Part shown: in pieces, positions 59,214 to 64,000 of the stretch
How the letters are laid out: the number at the start of each line of letters is the position of its first letter
Position numbering within the stretch: the first letter of the stretch is position 1
Source: Alphaproteobacteria bacterium
GTDB taxonomy: Bacteria; Pseudomonadota; Alphaproteobacteria; UBA6615
Direction of reading: 5' to 3'
Length of the DNA: 64,000 bases
Assembly: GCA_965261975.1 (NCBI GenBank)
Contig: CBDHEC010000003.1
Coordinates: forward strand, 32,001 to 96,000
Made by a program: the position numbers and the translations under genes
The notes under the pieces: model-generated
The model's database searches: none
What the model saw: the letters and a program-made list of their open reading frames with translations, nothing else
Told to the model about the DNA's origin: nothing

Positions 59214-60170
59214 ATGAAAAAGAGCTGGAGAAGCCTGTTTTGCACGGTCCTCGCCGTCGCCTTCATTGCGCTCGCCCACCCGGCCGGCGCGCAGGAGCGG
59301 GTTCGTGTCGTGACCACCACCGGCATGATCGCCGACGCCGTATCGCGGATCGGGGGCACACTGATCGAGGTAAAGGCGCTGATGGGCCCGGGCGTCGATC
59401 CGCATGCCTATCGACAGACACGCACCGATATCGTGGCCATGGCGAAAGCCGACCTGGTGCTCTGGAACGGTCTCTATCTCGAGGCCCAGCTGGAGGATTT
59501 TCTTCTCGAGCTGGCCGGCAGCAACAAGGTCGTCGCCGTGGCCGAAGCCGTACCGGAGAACCTGTTGATCGGCTCCGAAGACTATGAGAACCGGTTTGAC
59601 CCGCATCTCTGGATGGACCCGTCCTTGTGGTCGCATGTGATCACCAATGTCCGCGATGCGCTGATCGAAGCGCACCCGCCGGGCGAGAAGATATTTCGCG
59701 CCAATGCAGATTCTTATCTCGAGCAAGTGCAGAAGCTGACCGACTACACGACTTCGGCGCTGTCCACGGTCCCGGCCGCAAGTCGCGTGGTCGTCTCATC
59801 CCACGATGCGTTCAGCTACTTCGGCAAGGCACACGGGTTCGATGTCGTCGGCATACAGGGCATCTCGACCGAGTCCGAGGCGGGCCTTCGGCGCATCGCC
59901 GAACTTGTTGATTTGTTGGTCGACCGGAACATCCGGGCCGTCTTCGTCGAGACCTCGGTATCGGATCGGAACATCCGTGCGTTGATCGAAGGTGCCGCAG
60001 CCAAAGGCCATGAGGTCGTCATCGGGGGCGAATTGTATTCCGACGCCATGGGCGCGCCCGGCACCTATGAGGGCACATATGTCGGGATGATCGACCACAA
60101 CACGACAACCATCACAAGCGCGCTGGGCGGCCGGGCGCCGGATACCGGCATGCAGGGCCTGCTGAACTGA
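59214..60170 (+). CDS. troA: Mn/Zn/Fe ABC transporter substrate-binding protein (TroA-like)
   Basis: [41 protein letters not shown]. Confidence 0.92.
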   Translation: MKKSWRSLFCTVLAVAFIALAHPAGAQERVRVVTTTGMIADAVSRIGGTLIEVKALMGPGVDPHAYRQTRTDIVAMAKADLVLWNGLYLEAQLEDFLLELAGSNKVVAVAEAVPENLLIGSEDYENRFDPHLWMDPSLWSHVITNVRDALIEAHPPGEKIFRANADSYLEQVQKLTDYTTSALSTVPAASRVVVSSHDAFSYFGKAHGFDVVGIQGISTESEAGLRRIAELVDLLVDRNIRAVFVETSVSDRNIRALIEGAAAKGHEVVIGGELYSDAMGAPGTYEGTYVGMIDHNTTTITSALGGRAPDTGMQGLLN

Positions 60171-60180
60171 GGGATCGCGT

Positions 60181-61008
60181 ATGTCACGCACCACACAACC
60201 CGAAATCGCATCCGAACGGGGCCATGCCGTCGGCCCGGCCGAGGCGCCGCACGACAAGGCCCTCGCCCTTAAGGGGCTGACTGTTTCCTATGGCGAGAAA
60301 CCAGCGGTCTTCTCAGTCGATGCAACCTTCAACGCCGGCGGCATGTCGGCCATTGTCGGACCGAACGGAGCCGGAAAATCCACCCTGCTGAAGGCCGCGT
60401 TGGGGGTTATTCCGCGTTTGTCCGGTGAGGTCCACGTATTCGGACAATCGCTCCGCAACGCCCGCACCCACATCGCCTATGTGCCGCAGAGCGCGAGCGT
60501 CGACTGGGATTTCCCGACCACGGTGCTGGATGTCGTCCAGATGGGGCTCTATCGCAAGGTCGGGCTTCTCGGACGGCTCTCGGGCCAGGCGCGGCGCCAG
60601 GCCAATGAATGCCTCGACCGGGTCGGCATGGTCGATTTCGCGCATCGCCAGATTGGCCAACTCTCAGGCGGCCAGCAGCAGCGTGTGTTTCTCGCCCGCG
60701 CGCTGGCGCAGGACGCCGACCTTTTCCTCCTCGACGAGCCGTTCGCAGGCGTGGACGCCGCAACCGAGCGGGCAATCATCGGCGTACTGAAACTGCTCAA
60801 GAACGAGGGCAAGACGGTCATCGCCGTGCATCATGACCTCGCCACGGTACGCGACTACTTCGATCAGGTGCTCCTGCTCAACGTGAGACCCATCGCCGAA
60901 GGCCCGGTCGAGACGACCTTCACACCTGAGAACCTCCAAGCGACATACGGCGGGCGGCTCGCCGCCACCCATCTCAGCGAACTGGCGGTGGCGGACGGCG
61001 GGCGATGA
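60181..61008 (+). CDS. troB: Metal ABC transporter ATP-binding protein (TroB-like)
   Basis: [41 protein letters not shown]. Confidence 0.93.
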   Translation: MSRTTQPEIASERGHAVGPAEAPHDKALALKGLTVSYGEKPAVFSVDATFNAGGMSAIVGPNGAGKSTLLKAALGVIPRLSGEVHVFGQSLRNARTHIAYVPQSASVDWDFPTTVLDVVQMGLYRKVGLLGRLSGQARRQANECLDRVGMVDFAHRQIGQLSGGQQQRVFLARALAQDADLFLLDEPFAGVDAATERAIIGVLKLLKNEGKTVIAVHHDLATVRDYFDQVLLLNVRPIAEGPVETTFTPENLQATYGGRLAATHLSELAVADGGR

Positions 61009-62219
61009 ACCTGTTCGTCGACGCGCTTTTCCTGCAGGCCGGCTACAACGCCGCACTGGTCGCGATCGGCGCCGGGCTTCTTGGTTTCGCGGCGGGCGCA
61101 TCGGGTACATTTCCCTTTCTGCGCAAACGCGCACTGATCTCGGATGCCGTCGCCCATGCCACGCTTCCCGGTGTAGGTCTTGCTTTTGTCGTGATGGTCG
61201 CCTTCGGCGGCGACGGGCGCAGCCTTCTCGGCCTGATCGCGGGATCGGCCGTCACCGCCTGGATCGGGCTGCTGCTGATCGAATGGATCAGCCGCCGGAC
61301 TCGGCTCGCGGAGGATGCGGCCATCGGCGCGGTTCTGGGCGTCTTTTTCGGTGTGGGTATCGTGTTGCTGACCGTCATCCAGGCCATGAGCGCGGGCCGG
61401 CAGGCGGGGCTCGAGAGCTTCCTTCTGGGCTCGACCGCCGGGATGCTGCTCCAGGACGCCATCGTGATTGCCGTGGGCGGCTCGCTGGCCGTGCTGCTCA
61501 CATGGCTGATGCGCCGGCCGATGACACTCGTGGCGTTCGACAGCGATTATGCCGCAGCACTCGGCTACGACGTGCGCCGCATCGACCTCCTGATGATGGG
61601 CCTCGTCCTCTCCGTCACCGTTATCGGGCTCAAGCTGGTGGGCCTCATCCTGATCGTTGCGATGCTCATCATCCCCGCCGTCGCCGCACGGTTCTGGACA
61701 GATCGCTCGACCAGCATGATCTGGATTGCCGGCGGCATTGGTGGCGCATCGGGATATCTCGGCGCCGTTCTTTCTGCATCGGCGCCCGCCATGCCGACCG
61801 GTCCGATCATCGTCCTCGTCGCGGCGAGCATTTTCATCTTCTCGCTGCTGTTCGCTCCGGAACGCGGCGTTCTCGCAGCCCTGCTCCGACGCCGCGGCTT
61901 CCAGGCCCGGGTGCACAGACGCCAGGGGTTACTCTCGCTCGCCGCTCAACATCCCATTCGCGAGGCCTACACGCTCCGCCTTCTTGCACGCGAAGGCCTC
62001 GTTCGCCCGGACGGCGTCCCGACGGACGCCGGTCGCGCTCAGGCCGCCAAGATCACCCGAGACGAACGTCGCTGGGACGTGGCGCGGGAGATCTACCAGG
62101 ACGCGGGTTTAACGGGCCGCTATGACGGTCTGACGCCCATCGAAGATGTCTTCACGTCCGACGAGATTGCGGAATTCGATCGTCGGCTCGGCCCCCCCGT
62201 AACCGTGAGCAGCGATTGA
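61005..62219 (+). CDS. troC: Metal ABC transporter permease (TroC-like)
   Basis: [40 protein letters not shown]. Confidence 0.9.
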   Translation: MNLFVDALFLQAGYNAALVAIGAGLLGFAAGASGTFPFLRKRALISDAVAHATLPGVGLAFVVMVAFGGDGRSLLGLIAGSAVTAWIGLLLIEWISRRTRLAEDAAIGAVLGVFFGVGIVLLTVIQAMSAGRQAGLESFLLGSTAGMLLQDAIVIAVGGSLAVLLTWLMRRPMTLVAFDSDYAAALGYDVRRIDLLMMGLVLSVTVIGLKLVGLILIVAMLIIPAVAARFWTDRSTSMIWIAGGIGGASGYLGAVLSASAPAMPTGPIIVLVAASIFIFSLLFAPERGVLAALLRRRGFQARVHRRQGLLSLAAQHPIREAYTLRLLAREGLVRPDGVPTDAGRAQAAKITRDERRWDVAREIYQDAGLTGRYDGLTPIEDVFTSDEIAEFDRRLGPPVTVSSD

Positions 62220-63151
62220 TGGGCACCGAATTCGTTCAGCTTTCGCTCACCCCGATCCTGATCGGCATTCTCGCGGCTATCGCCTGCGCGCTCCCGGGGA
62301 ACTTTCTGATACTGCGCCGGCAGGCGCTCATCGGCGACGCTATCAGCCATGTCGTGCTGCCGGGAATCGTGGTGGCGTTTTTGCTGACGGGCGTCATTTC
62401 GGCCATTCCCATGTTGCTCGGTGCGGCGGGCGCCGCCCTGGTGGCGGTCGTTCTGATCGAAATCTTGAAGCGGTTGGGTGGAATCGAATCGGGTGCGGCC
62501 ATGGGCGCGGTTTTCACGACCATGTTTGCCGCAGGCGTACTGGTTCTCGAACAGTCCGACACGAGCAGCGTGCACCTCGACGTTGAACATGCCCTCATGG
62601 GTAACCTGGAATCCCTGGTCTGGTTAAGCGCCGAAGGCTGGCACTCGCTGCTGGACCCGACAATACTCGCGACCCTGCCGGGCGAGTTGGTCCGCATCGC
62701 GACGGTCTGCGCCATCGTGGTGGTGCTGACCGTGATTTTCTGGCGCTGGCTCAAGATTTCGACCTTCGACGAAGGCTTCGCCCAGGCACTTGGAATACCC
62801 GCTACCGCGCTCGGCCTCGGCCTTGTCATCGTCGCCGCAATTGCCGCCGTCGCCGCCTTCGACGCCGTGGGTTCGATCATCGTCATCGCCATGTTCATCT
62901 GCCCGCCCGCAGCCGCGCGATTGATGACAAATCGGCTCGAGCGCCAGATCGGATGGTCCATCGCCTTCGCGACGCTCTCCGCCGTGCTGGGATACATCCT
63001 CGCGGGCTACGGACCGCTTTGGTTCGGCGCCCAGGGTTCCGTCAGCGCCGCGGGCATGATTGCCGTGGTTTCCGGGATCATCCTCGCGGCTGCCTGCCTC
63101 TATGGCCCGCACCGCGCGCGTATCGGTGTTGCGCGGCAGGAGGAGGCGTGA
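62219..63151 (+). CDS. troD: Metal ABC transporter permease (TroD-like)
   Basis: GDAISHVVLPG, VHLDVEHALMG, STFDEGFA, FDAVGSI. Confidence 0.9.
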   Translation: MGTEFVQLSLTPILIGILAAIACALPGNFLILRRQALIGDAISHVVLPGIVVAFLLTGVISAIPMLLGAAGAALVAVVLIEILKRLGGIESGAAMGAVFTTMFAAGVLVLEQSDTSSVHLDVEHALMGNLESLVWLSAEGWHSLLDPTILATLPGELVRIATVCAIVVVLTVIFWRWLKISTFDEGFAQALGIPATALGLGLVIVAAIAAVAAFDAVGSIIVIAMFICPPAAARLMTNRLERQIGWSIAFATLSAVLGYILAGYGPLWFGAQGSVSAAGMIAVVSGIILAAACLYGPHRARIGVARQEEA

Positions 63152-63285
63152 TGCAGAAGCAGGACAGGCAAATGGGTACGGCCTTCTTTGGAATCGCGGC
63201 GGATGCAATGGTGTGCACCATGATCGAGGCTGCCCGAAACATGACGACGCGCGGATGCAGCCGCGCAACCAAGGTGCAGGCCTGA
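63151..63285 (+). CDS. Candidate 44-aa small protein between troD and mntR
   Basis: AGGAGG RBS; TGATG overlap with troD at its start and TGATG overlap with mntR at its end. Confidence 0.45.
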   Translation: MQKQDRQMGTAFFGIAADAMVCTMIEAARNMTTRGCSRATKVQA

Positions 63286-63758
63286 TGGCGGAGCGCATTA
63301 AACCCGTCACTGCCGAGACACCGGACGAATCCGACGAGATGATGGATGCGGACCGACAGGCCGCCCAGTTCGAGCGGGTTCGCACTGCCCAGCAGACCGA
63401 GAAGGCCGAAGATTATGTCGAGATGATCGACGACCTGATCAACGCCTATGGCGAGGCGCGGGTCACGGATCTGGCCCAACGCTTCGGGGTCTCCCACGCG
63501 ACGGTCAACAAGATCGTCAAGCGGCTGCAGCGCGACGGACTGGTCACGTCACGCCCCTATCGGTCGATCTTCCTGACCGAGCAAGGCAGCGCGCTGGCCG
63601 ACGCGTCGCGCAAGCGCCATCAGATCGTGCTGAATTTCCTGCGTGCCATCGGCGTCAGCGCCCGCAACGCCGAGCTCGATGCCGAAGGTATCGAGCACTA
63701 TGTCAGTGCCGAGACCCTGGCGGCCTTCGCGAAGATCACGTCCGAAAAGGACGGCTGA
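63285..63758 (+). CDS. mntR: Manganese-responsive regulator MntR (DtxR family)
   Basis: EDYVEMIDDL, GEARVTDLAQRFGVSHATV, PYRSIFLT, RHQIV, DAEGIEHYVS. Confidence 0.93.
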   Translation: MAERIKPVTAETPDESDEMMDADRQAAQFERVRTAQQTEKAEDYVEMIDDLINAYGEARVTDLAQRFGVSHATVNKIVKRLQRDGLVTSRPYRSIFLTEQGSALADASRKRHQIVLNFLRAIGVSARNAELDAEGIEHYVSAETLAAFAKITSEKDG

Positions 63759-63764
63759 GCGGGC

Positions 63765-64000
63765 CTAGTCACCCAGCAGGAACGGCAGCGCCTTTGCCAG
63801 CGTGTCCGTTGGATTTTCCTCGACATAGAAATGCCCGCCATCGACCAGCTCCACCCTTGAACACCGGGCAGGAACTATTTCTCAAGCCCCTCGTAGTTTT
63901 CGACCGGCATCGGCGGCTCATCCGAGCCCTGCAACACCATGCATCGGCGGCTTCCCAGGCCGGGATCAGCCGGGTGCGCCGGTCAATCCAGTCCTTGCGA
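63765..64000 (-). pseudogene. C-terminal fragment of an alpha/beta hydrolase, disrupted
   Basis: ...VELVDGGHFYVEENPTDTLAKALPFLLGD* (GH catalytic-His motif). The upstream CMVLQGSDE segment is in another frame and is followed by an in-frame TAG. Confidence 0.5.

Overview
High-GC chromosomal window from an Alphaproteobacterium. The taxonomy is inferred from a GTTC-N7-GTTC LexA box and the gene repertoire. It is densely coding and mostly housekeeping or catabolic: a Liv-type ABC transporter (two apparent +1 frameshifts), tRNA-Val(CAC), GSTs, a large P460-like/multiheme cytochrome c, TetR/OsmC, two orphan xanthine-dehydrogenase-family Mo subunits, msrA, SRAP, nrdAB, cupins, the AmmeMemoRadiSam system, cysQ-tsaC-FAD oxidoreductase-acyl-CoA dehydrogenase, speDE, gmhB, twin haloalkane dehydrogenases, glcB, an LLM/GST/Gfo cluster and a Mn ABC operon with mntR. 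The most striking signal lies directly 3' of tRNA-Val (6086-6734, minus strand), and the ORF track mostly misses it. It is an array of four related short peptide genes or remnants. Three carry an acidic L[ST]DEALDRP leader motif and the fourth is a leaderless core. All have variable Gly/Ser/Thr(/Cys)-rich cores and are arranged as a duplicated two-gene unit. They look like RiPP precursor peptides whose maturase region was lost at a microhomology junction with a katG 3' fragment. Secondary candidates are a 44-aa ORF translationally coupled between troD and mntR, a structured speD leader, a shikimate-dehydrogenase-fold pseudoenzyme, and LexA+NrdR sites with clamp-binding-like motifs at the SRAP/nrdAB locus. 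All calls come from manual reading; no database searches were run.
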